Of a stretch of DNA of 64,000 nucleotides, positions 10,830-20,881 are shown piece after piece. Source of the DNA: Minisyncoccota bacterium (GTDB lineage Bacteria; Patescibacteriota; Minisyncoccia; Phycocordibacterales; UBA9973). The position numbers were made by a program, and so were the translations under genes. Numbering within the stretch: position 1 is the first letter of the stretch; each line of letters opens with the position of its first letter. The notes under the pieces are model-generated. The model saw only the letters and a program-made list of their open reading frames with translations, was not told where the DNA came from and ran no database searches. The stretch lies in the NCBI GenBank assembly GCA_025453495.1, contig JALOQM010000001.1:15664-79663 (forward strand), written 5' to 3'.

Positions 10830-11114
10830 TTATTTGATTGGCATTGCTGATAATGTTTCTCGCCCAGCTAAATAAGATTTGAGCCTATTTTTTATAAACA
10901 TCTTTCCGTGGTATGTTTTTAAATACTTCTCTCGATGAATTGCGTCATTTTCATCAAGACACGCTTCATAATATACAAGCTCGAGTGGTCTTCGTGGTGC
11001 GGTAGATTCCACTTTGCCTTTTTGGTGTTGCTCAAATCTTAATTTTAAATTTTTACTATAACCAGTATAAAATTTGTTGTCTTTTTTTGATTGTAATAAG
11101 TAAGTGTAGTACAT
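10830..11114 (-). CDS. Small GIY-YIG nuclease (UPF0213-like)
   Basis: Contains YYTYLLQS...FYTGYS.NL..RF.QH...T..RRP.ELVYYE...A..RE..LK. Confidence 0.9.
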   Translation of the reverse strand: MYYTYLLQSKKDNKFYTGYSKNLKLRFEQHQKGKVESTAPRRPLELVYYEACLDENDAIHREKYLKTYHGKMFIKNRLKSYLAGRETLSAMPIK

Positions 11115-11125
11115 AAAATTTAAAA

Positions 11126-12358
11126 TTATTTAGCGGGGTCTGGTGTACGAATTGTGCCAGTGATCAAATTATTGAGGAGATACTTCTTTTGATCCTTAAT
11201 GATTTGAAGTTTCTTCTCAAGTTCTTGGATTTCATCTTCGGCAGTATTGAGTATCTTTGCGATTGCTTCTTGTTCTTTTATATCTTTAGGTAGATATATT
11301 TTGCATTCACCAATATCTCCCAGATTAATCTTTATAGGGAAAGCAACGTGTAGTGTTTTGGCTCTCAGCTCATTTTGAAAATCCTTAGTTGTAAGAAAAA
11401 AAGATAACGCTTTTGAATCAAAGGACCTATTAACTTTAAGAAGCGCTAATGTGACGTAGAAAGATGCTTTAACATCCCAATCTATATACTTGATGGCACC
11501 AATACTTCCAATTCGCGTCATCAAAATATCACCTCTTTCTATTCGAACTTTCTTTATCTCAGATTCATAAACTTTCTCTGAAATATACTTTGTATTTTTA
11601 AAGTCATTAGAAGTTACATGTTCGACACTATAGAATGGAATCCCGTGCTCGACATATGTAGGAGTCTGGTGAGTGCCATCGTATATTTTACAAACGTCTT
11701 TTAATAAAAGCGTCTGCCATTTATCTCCAAATCCAGACAAGCGTTTTTTGCCAGAAAGTAAATTTTGTTTTAAGGCTAATCTTATATTTTTCTTGATCTG
11801 AATTTTCTTTGAAAGTTTTTCAATTGATTTATCCCAAGTTTCAAGAACTGAAACGATGCGATTTTGTTCTGGGAGAGGAGGAAGTTTTATTTTTATAGAT
11901 TTAAGAATTTGCAAATTCAAACCACCACGACCACCGTCACCGGCAGAGATAGATCTTAATTCTTGATATCGTCTTTCTAAATCTGACCTTAAAAAACTAT
12001 AGCTAATATCTTTCTTTGGTATAAAAAAAGCTATGGACTGATTTGTAGTAAGTGAAATTTTATTTACAGCAACCTTTCCTCTTGTAGAACCCTGACCAGC
12101 TAAAGCAATCAAAACACTGTTTGCTGGCACTATTTTCGCTGATGAATTTTTAAAACCTTCATCAGTTATAAAATTTTCTGTTTGATAAATATTTTTCTTA
12201 TTGATTTCGGCTGAATTAGCCCATGGAATATTTCCACCTTCCCAGTATTCCAAAACATCTGTCGAAGGTGTACCTCCAGCAGAAATATCACAAACAACAC
12301 CAATCTTTACTTGCTGCCATTCTGGATGAATATTTTTTTGTTGTTGATTAGTTTTCAT
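11126..12358 (-). CDS. hsdS: Type I R-M specificity subunit S (two TRDs)
   Basis: Two TRD/conserved-helix repeats: LPPLPEQNRIVSVL and EQEAIAKIL...KKYLLNNLITG. Confidence 0.94.
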   Translation of the reverse strand: MKTNQQQKNIHPEWQQVKIGVVCDISAGGTPSTDVLEYWEGGNIPWANSAEINKKNIYQTENFITDEGFKNSSAKIVPANSVLIALAGQGSTRGKVAVNKISLTTNQSIAFFIPKKDISYSFLRSDLERRYQELRSISAGDGGRGGLNLQILKSIKIKLPPLPEQNRIVSVLETWDKSIEKLSKKIQIKKNIRLALKQNLLSGKKRLSGFGDKWQTLLLKDVCKIYDGTHQTPTYVEHGIPFYSVEHVTSNDFKNTKYISEKVYESEIKKVRIERGDILMTRIGSIGAIKYIDWDVKASFYVTLALLKVNRSFDSKALSFFLTTKDFQNELRAKTLHVAFPIKINLGDIGECKIYLPKDIKEQEAIAKILNTAEDEIQELEKKLQIIKDQKKYLLNNLITGTIRTPDPAK

Positions 12359-12415
12359 AATTTCACTGGTTTAATTGAGATATCTATAATTTAGATATCT
12401 CTTACTGCCCTCAAA

Positions 12416-12640
12416 TTATTCTTTACTCTCGTATCCTTTTTTACAATTCAGCATAATGTAAGAATTTAATCCTTGGCCAGCTTTGGCAAGTCTTTTCATT
12501 TCATTTACGTGAATTTCACCCGCACTTTGATTGGTGTATTTATAGATACTAGAGTCTTTAAATTGAACTCGTATAAAATCTACACCAATTTCAAAACCTT
12601 TTACATTAGAATCTCCCCCTAAATTTGCGTATGTTTCCAT
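12416..12640 (-). CDS. Small KTSC-like protein
   Basis: 74 aa with pattern S.V..FEIG..FI.VQF.D...Y.Y...M..LA..G.GLNSYI, resembling KTSC-domain proteins; recognised by eye. Confidence 0.6.
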   Translation of the reverse strand: METYANLGGDSNVKGFEIGVDFIRVQFKDSSIYKYTNQSAGEIHVNEMKRLAKAGQGLNSYIMLNCKKGYESKE

Positions 12641-12699
12641 ATGTCATATTTGGCTAACTAATAATTAGTTTAACGACATTTCGGTCATTATAATGAATA

Positions 12700-13950
12700 T
12701 TATTCTTCTGAAGCTCGTTTAAATTTTTCTTGCATAGTCGGATTTCCTTTTGTTAATTTTTTAATAGTTAAATCATCAGCTTTATTATTTGCCAAACGAA
12801 GATTATTTTCCGAAGCCAAAAGATTGTCTTTAATCTTTTGAAGATGATCAATTGATTTATCAATCTCTTCTACAGCTGCTTTGAATTTTTGACTTGCTAA
12901 ATTGTAATTACGAGCAAATCCTTCCTTAAAAGCATTGAGGTTTTCTTCAAAGTGAGTAATATCTACATTTTGACTTTTCACAACAGCGAGTTCTGCCTTA
13001 TATTGCATCGAATTTAAAGCAGCATTTCGCAAAAGTGTGATAATTGGAATAAAGAATTGAGGTCGAACTACGTACATTTTAGGGTAACGATGGAATACAT
13101 CAACAATTCCAGTGTTATATAGCTCATTATCACTTTCAAGCAACGAAACTAGAACTGCGTATTCACACTTCTTTTCATTTCTATCCTTATCTAGTTCTTT
13201 CAAAAAGTCTTCATTCTTTTTCTTTGTAGCGGTAGTATCCGATTCATTTTTCATTTCAAACATTATTGAAATAATTTCATTACCTGCCTCATCATATTCT
13301 CGGTAAATATAGTCTCCTTTACTTCCAGTGGCTGAGTCATTATCTTTTTCAAAAGTAGCATTCTTAAAACCTGTTGCACGGAGTTTATTAAACTCAATTT
13401 CACAATGTTGTTCAAGAGTTTCGCCAAGCATTTTTGTTGAGAGCTTTACCTTCATGTCTTTGTAGCGCTCAATAATTTCATCTTTAGCTTTAAGCTCTGC
13501 CTCAAATTTACTATTTAAAGATAGTTCGATTTGTTGCTTTTCAGCATCCTTCATCTTTATCTCAGAAGCAAGATGGTCACGCTCTTTTTCAATTTTTGTC
13601 ACAGCCTCAGTGATTGCAAGTTTTTTTTCAGTTTCTGTCGATGAAAGCTTCGCTCGCAGTTCTGTTATTTCAAGTTCACTTTGAGACTTAGATAGATTTA
13701 CTTCACGCTCCTTTTCAGCCTTAAGTCTTGCGATTTCTAAATCTTTTTGAGCAAGGTCGTCTTTAATTTTATTTTTTACTTGCTCTTCAGCCAACTTTAC
13801 GGCACTCTCTTTTTCAGCCTTCAAAAGACTTTCTCTTTTGAGAAGCTCTTCTTCAAATTGGTGATCTCGTACTTGTTTAAGAATATCAGCATAACCTGCT
13901 TCATCAATTTTAAATGCTTTTTTACAATGTGGGCAAATTATTTCATTCAT
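12700..13950 (-). CDS. DUF2130 protein (N-terminal CxxC, coiled coil, RmuC-like PD-(D/E)xK-type domain)
   Basis: [17 protein letters not shown] start, long coiled coil, then GETLEQHCE...GDY...IMFEMKNE. Confidence 0.85.
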   Translation of the reverse strand: MNEIICPHCKKAFKIDEAGYADILKQVRDHQFEEELLKRESLLKAEKESAVKLAEEQVKNKIKDDLAQKDLEIARLKAEKEREVNLSKSQSELEITELRAKLSSTETEKKLAITEAVTKIEKERDHLASEIKMKDAEKQQIELSLNSKFEAELKAKDEIIERYKDMKVKLSTKMLGETLEQHCEIEFNKLRATGFKNATFEKDNDSATGSKGDYIYREYDEAGNEIISIMFEMKNESDTTATKKKNEDFLKELDKDRNEKKCEYAVLVSLLESDNELYNTGIVDVFHRYPKMYVVRPQFFIPIITLLRNAALNSMQYKAELAVVKSQNVDITHFEENLNAFKEGFARNYNLASQKFKAAVEEIDKSIDHLQKIKDNLLASENNLRLANNKADDLTIKKLTKGNPTMQEKFKRASEE

Positions 13951-13957
13951 ACGTTTA

Positions 13958-15469
13958 TTATTTAATCCCTAATTCTTTTAAATATCCAACCATTTGTTTT
14001 TCAAGCTTCGCAAGCTCAGGCTCAAGAGCTTCAAGTTCTTTGAGGTTTGCTTTTATGTCCACAGGAGCTTCTTCCTCAAACGTATCGACGTATCGAGTGA
14101 TGTTGAGGTTAAAATCATTTTCCTCAATTTCCTTAAGAGAAACCTTGCGGGCAAATTTCTCTACATCCTTATGTTTCTTGTAGGTAGAGTAAATCTTCTC
14201 GATGTTCTCATCGGTAAGAATGTTCTGAGCTTTATTTGGTTTATATTCCTTTGAAGCCTCGATAAAGAAAACATCTTTTTTAGATTCGTTCTCTCCGCCT
14301 TTCTCACGTGATCGGTCAATAATAAGGATGGCTACAGGAATTCCCGTTGTCTGGAACAATCCCGCAGGTAGTCCGATAACTGCATCTATAAGATTTTCCT
14401 TGAGGAGCTGTTCGCGAATCTTTCCTTCAGCTCCACCACGGAAGAGAACGCCGTGTGGCACTACGACTGCCATATGGCCAGTCTTCGCCTTGAGTGTCTC
14501 AACCATGTGCGTGATAAAGGCAAAATCACCTTTATCCTTTGGTGGAACACCACGCCAGAATCGCTTGTATTTGTCGGCTTCTGCGTGCTCGGCACCCCAT
14601 TTTTTAAGAGAAAACGGAGGGTTTGCCACGATCGTGTCAAACTTCATCAAATGGTCGTTCTCTACAAGGAGAGGATTGTTCAATGTGTCACCCCATTCAA
14701 GTCGGGCTGAATCCTTTCCGTGGAGGAACATGTTCATGCGAGCGAGCTGATAGGTTGATCCTGTTGATTCCTGACCATAGAGTGCGTAGTTTTTTGAACC
14801 TTGTTTCTCAACTTCTTCACCTGCAAGGAGGAGGAGGCCACCTGAACCCATACAAGGATCACAAATACGTGCCCCTGCTTGTGGCTCTGCGAGCTTTGCA
14901 ACGAGCTGGGCAACGTTTCTCACAGTGAAAAATTCGCCCGCTTTCTTGCCCGCGTCGGCACCAAAGCGTTCGATCATATACATATATGAGTTACCGATGA
15001 TGTCGTCCTTCACGTCGCCGAGGTCAATCTGAGCAAAGTCCTGCACGAGATGGCGGAGCATCTTGTTTCGTTCAGCGAGCTTGCCGAGTGTTGATTCTGA
15101 GTTGAAGTCTACAGAAAATACTCCATCGAGTTTCTCTTTGTTTGTGTCTTCGATTCGATGAAGTGCTTTGTTGATTTCTTCACCAAGATTATCTTGCTCG
15201 ATTACCGAATAGATATAATCGAATGAAGACTTTGGGGGAAGATAGAAGCGATCGAGCTTCATTTTTTCTTCGATACGCTTTGTGTCGCTACCAAAACGCT
15301 CTTTGTATTCAGCATACTTCTTCTTTGAGAGGTCAGAGAGGTATTTAAAGAAAAGCATTGCAAGAACGTAGTCTTTGTAGATACCTGCATCTACCTGAGT
15401 ACGAGAAGAATCCGCTGCGTCCCAGAGGATTTTGTTTAGGTCTTCTTGTGTATATTTTTGAGTATTCAT
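13958..15469 (-). CDS. hsdM: Type I R-M N6-adenine methyltransferase subunit M
   Basis: Motifs [19 protein letters not shown] and PHGVLFRG. Confidence 0.96.
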   Translation of the reverse strand: MNTQKYTQEDLNKILWDAADSSRTQVDAGIYKDYVLAMLFFKYLSDLSKKKYAEYKERFGSDTKRIEEKMKLDRFYLPPKSSFDYIYSVIEQDNLGEEINKALHRIEDTNKEKLDGVFSVDFNSESTLGKLAERNKMLRHLVQDFAQIDLGDVKDDIIGNSYMYMIERFGADAGKKAGEFFTVRNVAQLVAKLAEPQAGARICDPCMGSGGLLLLAGEEVEKQGSKNYALYGQESTGSTYQLARMNMFLHGKDSARLEWGDTLNNPLLVENDHLMKFDTIVANPPFSLKKWGAEHAEADKYKRFWRGVPPKDKGDFAFITHMVETLKAKTGHMAVVVPHGVLFRGGAEGKIREQLLKENLIDAVIGLPAGLFQTTGIPVAILIIDRSREKGGENESKKDVFFIEASKEYKPNKAQNILTDENIEKIYSTYKKHKDVEKFARKVSLKEIEENDFNLNITRYVDTFEEEAPVDIKANLKELEALEPELAKLEKQMVGYLKELGIK

Positions 15470-15470
15470 A

Positions 15471-16058
15471 TTAGTTATTAATTAGGTTAGTAAACGATGC
15501 GTTGATAATGTTTTTTTGTAATTCTTGTTTTCTCTTTAGTATCCGTTCTTGGTCTGTTATGTTTTCGTGGAGTGCGATGATGGATTTTTGAATATGTATC
15601 GGGGGTATGGGGATTTTAAAATCAATCAAATTTTTTACTAAAATACTTTGTATATAGGACCCGCCCGTAACTATTTGAAGTAATTCTTTTTGCCCGATTT
15701 CTGAGTTGAGGTATAGCGATACATATTTAGGGAGGACTGTGACATCTTGAATTCGTATTACATGAACCGAAGATGATGGCATCACCTTTGATTCATCAGA
15801 TACAAAAACTGCGGATCGAAATGAGCCTGGCCCTGACCCTCTAGAGACAAGCAAAATGTCATTATGTTGTAGGAAGTAGGGGTTTCTCAAAGATTTATCT
15901 GTAATTGTTGTAAAACCAGTTATATATTGAATATCTTGGTTTGTTTGTACATTTTTAGCTTGAAGCACAAAAATATCCCCATTTGGGTCATTTTCTATAG
16001 ACCCACGGAATGTGTACCCTGAAACAATGTCTGCTAATTGGCTCAATTTCTTGTGCAT
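15471..16058 (-). CDS. Half-size (single-TRD) HsdS-like protein
   Basis: One TRD plus IPIPPIHIQKSI helix; abuts hsdM. Start taken at MHKKL. Confidence 0.78.
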   Translation of the reverse strand: MHKKLSQLADIVSGYTFRGSIENDPNGDIFVLQAKNVQTNQDIQYITGFTTITDKSLRNPYFLQHNDILLVSRGSGPGSFRSAVFVSDESKVMPSSSVHVIRIQDVTVLPKYVSLYLNSEIGQKELLQIVTGGSYIQSILVKNLIDFKIPIPPIHIQKSIIALHENITDQERILKRKQELQKNIINASFTNLINN

Positions 16059-16176
16059 GTAAAAAGCATACTGCATTTTCAAAATAAAAGCAAGTTTTTA
16101 CCCTATTTAGTTACCAACAGCTAGGAAATGGGACGCTCTGGACTCCTTGGAGGGGTTGCGTCATCAATGTAGTTGT

Positions 16177-17502
16177 ATGAAAACAACAGCACCAATTGGC
16201 TACGAAATGACACAAGCAGCCCAAGCACCAATAAAAGTGAGGTATTGCCTCTATGCCCGTAAATCAACGGAATCTGAGGAAAGACAGGTTCTTTCAATAG
16301 ATTCGCAGATTAAGGAAATGTTACAGCTCGCCGAGAGAGAAAACTTGGAGATTGTAACAATGAAGCGAGAAAGCCATTCAGCAAAAGAAACTGGACAACG
16401 ACCAGTCTTTAACGAGATTATTGAGGAGATACGGCAAAAGAAGTACAACGGCATACTGACATGGGCACCTGACCGTATTAGTAGAAATGCCGGAGACTTG
16501 GGAAAGATAGTAGATCTGATGGATGCAGGATTGTTACAAGAAATACGTATATATGGTCAAAAATTTTCAAACAATCCAAACGAAAAATTCTTGCTAATGA
16601 TTCTTGGATCGCAAGCGAAATTAGAGAATGACAATAGAGGTGTGAATGTAAAACGAGGATTGCGTACGAGAGTTGAAATGGGTCTCTGGCCTGGGGTAGC
16701 ACCACTTGGATACTTAAATCAAAAACATATGGATAAAAAGTGTCAGGTAATAGTCGATCCACAACGTGCTCCTGTCATCAAAAAGATATTTGAAAAAGTA
16801 GTATACGAACACTATTCAGGAAGAAAGTTATATAACTGGTTACGACACGAACTGAATTTCTATACTCGTGGCAACAAACCTCTGACCTTAAGCGGAATAT
16901 ACCGAATACTTGAAAATCAGTTCTATCATGGAGTGTTTGAGCATCCGAGAGGAAGCGGTAACTGGTATCAAGGAAAACATGAGCCACTCATCACACAGGA
17001 ACTATTTGAAAAAGCTCAAGCACAACTAAAGCGAGATAATATACAACGAGAGAATAAAGAATTCGCATTCACGAAACTATTCACCTGCGGATACTGTGGT
17101 AGTGGAATATCAGCAGAGGAAAAATGGAAACAACTCAAAGATGGTACGCATGCGAAATACATCTACTACTTCTGCTCAAGAGCGAGAGATAGAAACTGCA
17201 AGAATATGTACATACGAGAGGAAGATTTAATACTTGAGCTATTGAAGATCCTCGACAAAGTAAACATCAATGAACTAGGTATGCGAAAGAAACTAGAAGA
17301 TGAGATCGCAAGGTTCAATATCTTCCAAAGATCAGTGCTTGGAGCAACAGACAAGATTAAAAACAACAAAGATACTGAAATACGAAACTTCGCTAAGTAT
17401 ATTTTGAAAGAAGGAGCAGTTGGAGAGAAACGAGAGCTGCTAGCCAACCTAAGATCGAGAATAATATACAAAGACAAACAACTTATACTGATTGCTGAAT
17501 AA
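16177..17502 (+). CDS. Large serine recombinase (resolvase, recombinase and Zn-ribbon domains)
   Basis: YARKS catalytic Ser, DRISRN, G.AP.GY, HEPLIT and CGYCG...YYFC...C. Start uncertain (16147, 16177 or later). Confidence 0.93.
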   Translation: MKTTAPIGYEMTQAAQAPIKVRYCLYARKSTESEERQVLSIDSQIKEMLQLAERENLEIVTMKRESHSAKETGQRPVFNEIIEEIRQKKYNGILTWAPDRISRNAGDLGKIVDLMDAGLLQEIRIYGQKFSNNPNEKFLLMILGSQAKLENDNRGVNVKRGLRTRVEMGLWPGVAPLGYLNQKHMDKKCQVIVDPQRAPVIKKIFEKVVYEHYSGRKLYNWLRHELNFYTRGNKPLTLSGIYRILENQFYHGVFEHPRGSGNWYQGKHEPLITQELFEKAQAQLKRDNIQRENKEFAFTKLFTCGYCGSGISAEEKWKQLKDGTHAKYIYYFCSRARDRNCKNMYIREEDLILELLKILDKVNINELGMRKKLEDEIARFNIFQRSVLGATDKIKNNKDTEIRNFAKYILKEGAVGEKRELLANLRSRIIYKDKQLILIAE

Positions 17503-17519
17503 ATTGTATAATCTAGTGT

Positions 17520-18080
17520 ATGGGACAAAATAACACTCATAATTCTGAGTCGAGGGAGCATAGATTAGAAAGATTGAAAAGTCACCCTGTTGAAGCTATC
17601 GAAACACTTCTAAACTCTATAGCTAATTTTTTCAATAACGAAATTCTACTAACACCGACACACTATCAAACATCGTTAATGTTTTTAGGTATCCATGCTT
17701 CTGCCCTTACAATTGGAGAAGTATTTTTTCAGCACAAAAGTGATTTAGATAATTATAAGGATTTTATGCGTACGTTTATCGATGGAGAAACTGAAGATAC
17801 AAAATTTTCTCTTGTTGCTGAACATATACACAACTGGAGAAATATAATTGCGCATCAATGGATAGGATCTCTAGGTCATCGAGTGGAATATGATTATCAG
17901 GCTGAATTAGGCTGGCAGATGGTCGAAGACACTCTTATTATAAATCCAAGAATATACTGCGATAAATACATGGATGCTTTTTCAGCTAGAGGGAGAATTT
18001 GGCAATATGATTCCATATTTACTGAAGAACAGATCGTAAAAGCTCACGAACAAATTGTTCGTAAATACGAAAATCGTTAA
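17520..18080 (+). CDS. Hypothetical helical protein with HEPN-like RxxxxH motif
   Basis: 186 aa containing WRNIIAH; directly downstream of the recombinase. Confidence 0.6.
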   Translation: MGQNNTHNSESREHRLERLKSHPVEAIETLLNSIANFFNNEILLTPTHYQTSLMFLGIHASALTIGEVFFQHKSDLDNYKDFMRTFIDGETEDTKFSLVAEHIHNWRNIIAHQWIGSLGHRVEYDYQAELGWQMVEDTLIINPRIYCDKYMDAFSARGRIWQYDSIFTEEQIVKAHEQIVRKYENR

Positions 18081-18117
18081 ACAAAAATACACGAAATAAT
18101 CGTGTATTTTTGTTTAT
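18078..18117. terminator. Long inverted repeat / bidirectional terminator
   Basis: taaacaaaaatacacga-aataa-tcgtgtatttttgttta between convergent genes. Confidence 0.7.
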
Positions 18118-18182
18118 AATTTATGTAATCGGGTCGCACATTCGTCATAGACAAATGGGTTGACTCCGATACTAAATTGTCT

Positions 18183-18272
18183 TGGCGGAGAGGGAGGGAT
18201 TCGAACCCTCGATACCCTTTCGGATATACAACCTTTCCAGGGTTGCCGTTTCAACCGCTCACGCACCTCTCC
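18183..18272 (-). tRNA. tRNA-Ser(GGA)
   Basis: Cloverleaf GGAGAGG...CAACC-CT GGA AA-GGTTG, long variable arm, TTCGAAT loop, G73 and encoded CCA. Confidence 0.96.
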
Positions 18273-18357
18273 AGATACAAGCGTCAAACGAATCTGTTAT
18301 ACCGTAAATCAACAAAAAAAGCGACACAATATAATGTGTCGCTTTGGTATAGTGCTT

Positions 18358-18966
18358 TTACCCGTACGCATGTACTTGGATCGTGTTATTGAGTAGGGCA
18401 TGCTCTTCAATCCAGCGCTCGATAGATGGTGCAAGGGGTACAAATACAAGATTGAATACCGAATGACGCAGTGTCCAATCGAGCTGAAGAGCTAATTGTG
18501 TAGAAAATGAGTACTCATAGTTTGCACATGGGATCACAACCCCAGTCAAAAAATCAAACACAATGAGCGCAAAAAAGCCAATACACAGGTAATACAGGAC
18601 CGAACGCACATAGTTTTGATTTCTCTTTTGGAAAAGAAATACTCCGGCAATGCCCATGCAGATACCGTAGCAAAATGCTACAACTAGCGTAGCGCTCGCT
18701 GAGAATTGTTCAATTTGCAATATATAGGACCGCACCATGGCGACGATCAGTATATTGCAAAAACTAAATGCGAAACCCCACAATACGTTTGCTTTTGCAT
18801 AAGCAAGGGTGACTGCGGCAAGCGGCGAAGCATACGGTATAGGTGCCAACACAGGCACAACCCGAAAGAGTACTGTCAGCAAAAACTGTACAATGACAGA
18901 TGGGAAGAAATATGTTTTTTTCATTAGAACTATTTTTGGTTTGATACCAAGTCTAGCGCATATCAC
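18358..18966 (-). CDS. Multi-pass membrane protein, possibly ECF S-component-like
   Basis: About 5 hydrophobic segments and an N-terminal R.VP...P.ASPLAA pattern. Likely start MKKTY. Confidence 0.5.
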   Translation of the reverse strand: MICARLGIKPKIVLMKKTYFFPSVIVQFLLTVLFRVVPVLAPIPYASPLAAVTLAYAKANVLWGFAFSFCNILIVAMVRSYILQIEQFSASATLVVAFCYGICMGIAGVFLFQKRNQNYVRSVLYYLCIGFFALIVFDFLTGVVIPCANYEYSFSTQLALQLDWTLRHSVFNLVFVPLAPSIERWIEEHALLNNTIQVHAYG

Positions 18967-19002
18967 CCGTTTTCAGAAGTGGAAACAAAAATAGAGTATG
19001 TT

Positions 19003-19329
19003 TTACTTGCTTTTCAATCCAGATTTGAGAATGCGTTTTTTGAATTCTTGAAGCGTATGGTAGCTTTTCGTATCTGCAACATGATCAACATACAGCACCC
19101 CGTTTAAGTGGTCGATTTCATGCTGGAACACTCGCGCCTGAAAACCAGAGAATGTCTTCATATGCTTCTTGCCTATTTGATCAAAATAAGACACTGTCAC
19201 ACTCTCCGAACGTGGCACCGCTGCGCGAACACCGGGTAGACTGAGGCATCCTTCCCAATCCGTGACAACCTTGCCGGAGTACTTGATAATCTTTGGATTA
19301 ATAACCGCATTAGTATTAAGAGTTAACAA
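19003..19329 (-). pseudogene. def: Peptide deformylase, N-terminally truncated
   Basis: INP.I, EGCLS and QHEIDHLNG are present. Motif 1 (GxGxAAxQ) is absent and there is no room for it before tRNA-Arg. Confidence 0.8.
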
Positions 19330-19393
19330 TTACCGTAGATGTATTGGCCAATAGCCGCTCCAGTGTTTAATTCCTGACTAAAACGTTGTTTTG

Positions 19394-19465
19394 TGCTCTC
19401 GCCAGGAATCGAACCTGGATTTCTTCCTTCGGAGGGAAGTGTTCTATCCATTGGACTACGAGAGC
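19394..19465 (-). tRNA. tRNA-Arg(CCG)
   Basis: GCTCTCG/CGAGAGC acceptor, CTTCC-CT CCG AA-GGAAG anticodon arm, TTCGATT loop; CCA not encoded. Confidence 0.95.
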
Positions 19466-19541
19466 AATAAGGGATACGATCTCCTTCCTTCGCGAAACTA
19501 AAATTAGAATTTTAAAAATCAAACAAAAAGATATACTACCC

Positions 19542-20432
19542 TTATTTCATACCACGCAATACTTTGATACGGTCTGCAGTGGGCGGATGTGTCATAAAAA
19601 GTTTGTGCACTGCAGAAAATTTTTTCCCAAATGGATCTGAGATAAAAAGATGTGCAGTAGCATTTGAGACACGGCGCATCGGTGCTTTGTACTGGCTGAT
19701 TTTCTCAAGTGCTGAAGCAAGCCCCTCAGGATAGCGAGTCAAAAGTGCAGCTGAAGCATCCGCTAGATATTCACGCTTGCGTGAGATCGCAAGTTGCATA
19801 AGTGTCGCGATCACCGGTGAGAGAATAGCAAGTACAATACCAGCAACCATAAAGAAGCTTCCAACTTTGTTTTCTTCTCGATCCCGCCCTCCTCCCCATA
19901 GAGCTGCACGCAAGAATACATCAGATGCGATTGTAAGAAATCCGACAAGAACGACAACCACTGTAGAGAGCAACATATCACGGTTACCGATGTGCGAAAG
20001 TTCATGTGCAACCACTCCCTCAAGTTCAGTACGATCGAGTCGCTCAAGTAATCCTGTCGTCACGGCGACAACAGCATGATTCTTGTCTCGGCCAGTTGCA
20101 AATGCATTTGGTGCAGGATCATCAATTATATATATCTTCGGAAGTGGTAAGCCTGCAGTAATTGCTAAATTTTCAACCAGTGTATACAGTTCTCTATTTG
20201 TTTCTCGTGCGACCGGACGTGCACCTGACATAGAAAGTACAACCTTGTCAGAGTACCAGTATCCGATGACATTCATCAAAAGCGAGAAGATAACGCCAAA
20301 ATACAGTATCGATGGATTATCATAGGTGCGAGCAAATACATAACATACACTGATTACCACAACAAGAAAGAGCGTGAAAATAATCCACGTTTTACGAATA
20401 TTCTTTGATTGGTGGGTATAGAGTGAAGACAT
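19542..20432 (-). CDS. htpX: Zinc metalloprotease HtpX (M48)
   Basis: Motifs PNAFATG, AHELSH, SRKREYLAD and THPP. Confidence 0.94.
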   Translation of the reverse strand: MSSLYTHQSKNIRKTWIIFTLFLVVVISVCYVFARTYDNPSILYFGVIFSLLMNVIGYWYSDKVVLSMSGARPVARETNRELYTLVENLAITAGLPLPKIYIIDDPAPNAFATGRDKNHAVVAVTTGLLERLDRTELEGVVAHELSHIGNRDMLLSTVVVVLVGFLTIASDVFLRAALWGGGRDREENKVGSFFMVAGIVLAILSPVIATLMQLAISRKREYLADASAALLTRYPEGLASALEKISQYKAPMRRVSNATAHLFISDPFGKKFSAVHKLFMTHPPTADRIKVLRGMK

Positions 20433-20459
20433 AGTGTAACGTTCAAATTGTTCAGCGTT

Positions 20460-20837
20460 CTAATTGTTTGAAATGCGCATTTTCTTCTCAAGCGCAACAA
20501 GTTTGAAATATTCTTCCTACAAGAGTGCCTCGATAGTATCGCAATCGGATATTTTTAGAAATTGCTGCTGTATTGCGATTTTAATACAAACGATACATTC
20601 AAGCGTAGATGCTTTAGTACGATTCGCATACAGCGCAAAGTGCTTCTTGGATGACTGAGCACTGCCTTCGGCAATGTTGAGAACGATAGACGTACTTGCT
20701 CGCTTCAGTTGGTCAGTTAAAGCGAAGAGTTCCGTTTTGGGAAAACTTTGCGTCAGTCGATACACTTCGCCAACAATTTGCATGCCGATCTTCCAAACAG
20801 CAAGATCTTCAAAACGATAATTCTTGAAGCTTTTCAT
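20460..20837 (-). pseudogene. Four-helix-bundle (23S rRNA IVP-like) protein with in-frame amber stop
   Basis: Family motifs FEDLAVW...FP..E.F.L.DQ.KRA..SI.LNIAEG. TAG at 20517-20519 is followed in frame by EEYFKLVALEKKMRISNN*, the expected last helix. Confidence 0.8.
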
Positions 20838-20881
20838 CTTGAACAGCTAGAACATTCCAACATTTACAACAATTCGAAAAA

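Larger units (their letters stand above)
5790..18182. mobile_element. Putative integrated defence island (type I R-M plus large serine recombinase) adjacent to the tRNA-Ser 3' end
   Basis: Recombinase, R-M and accessory genes lie between a truncated gene on the left and the tRNA-Ser 3' end on the right. No att repeat was found, so boundaries are approximate. Confidence 0.55.

Noticed and set aside
18085-18150. Short minus-strand frame MTNVRPDYI as the missing N-half of the PEP-utilising gene
   Set aside because: The similarity to the MTxPD motif is too short and could be chance; it overlaps a terminator.
20460-20837. Diversity-generating retroelement (Avd-like four-helix bundle)
   Set aside because: No reverse transcriptase and no TR/VR repeat pair was seen in the window.
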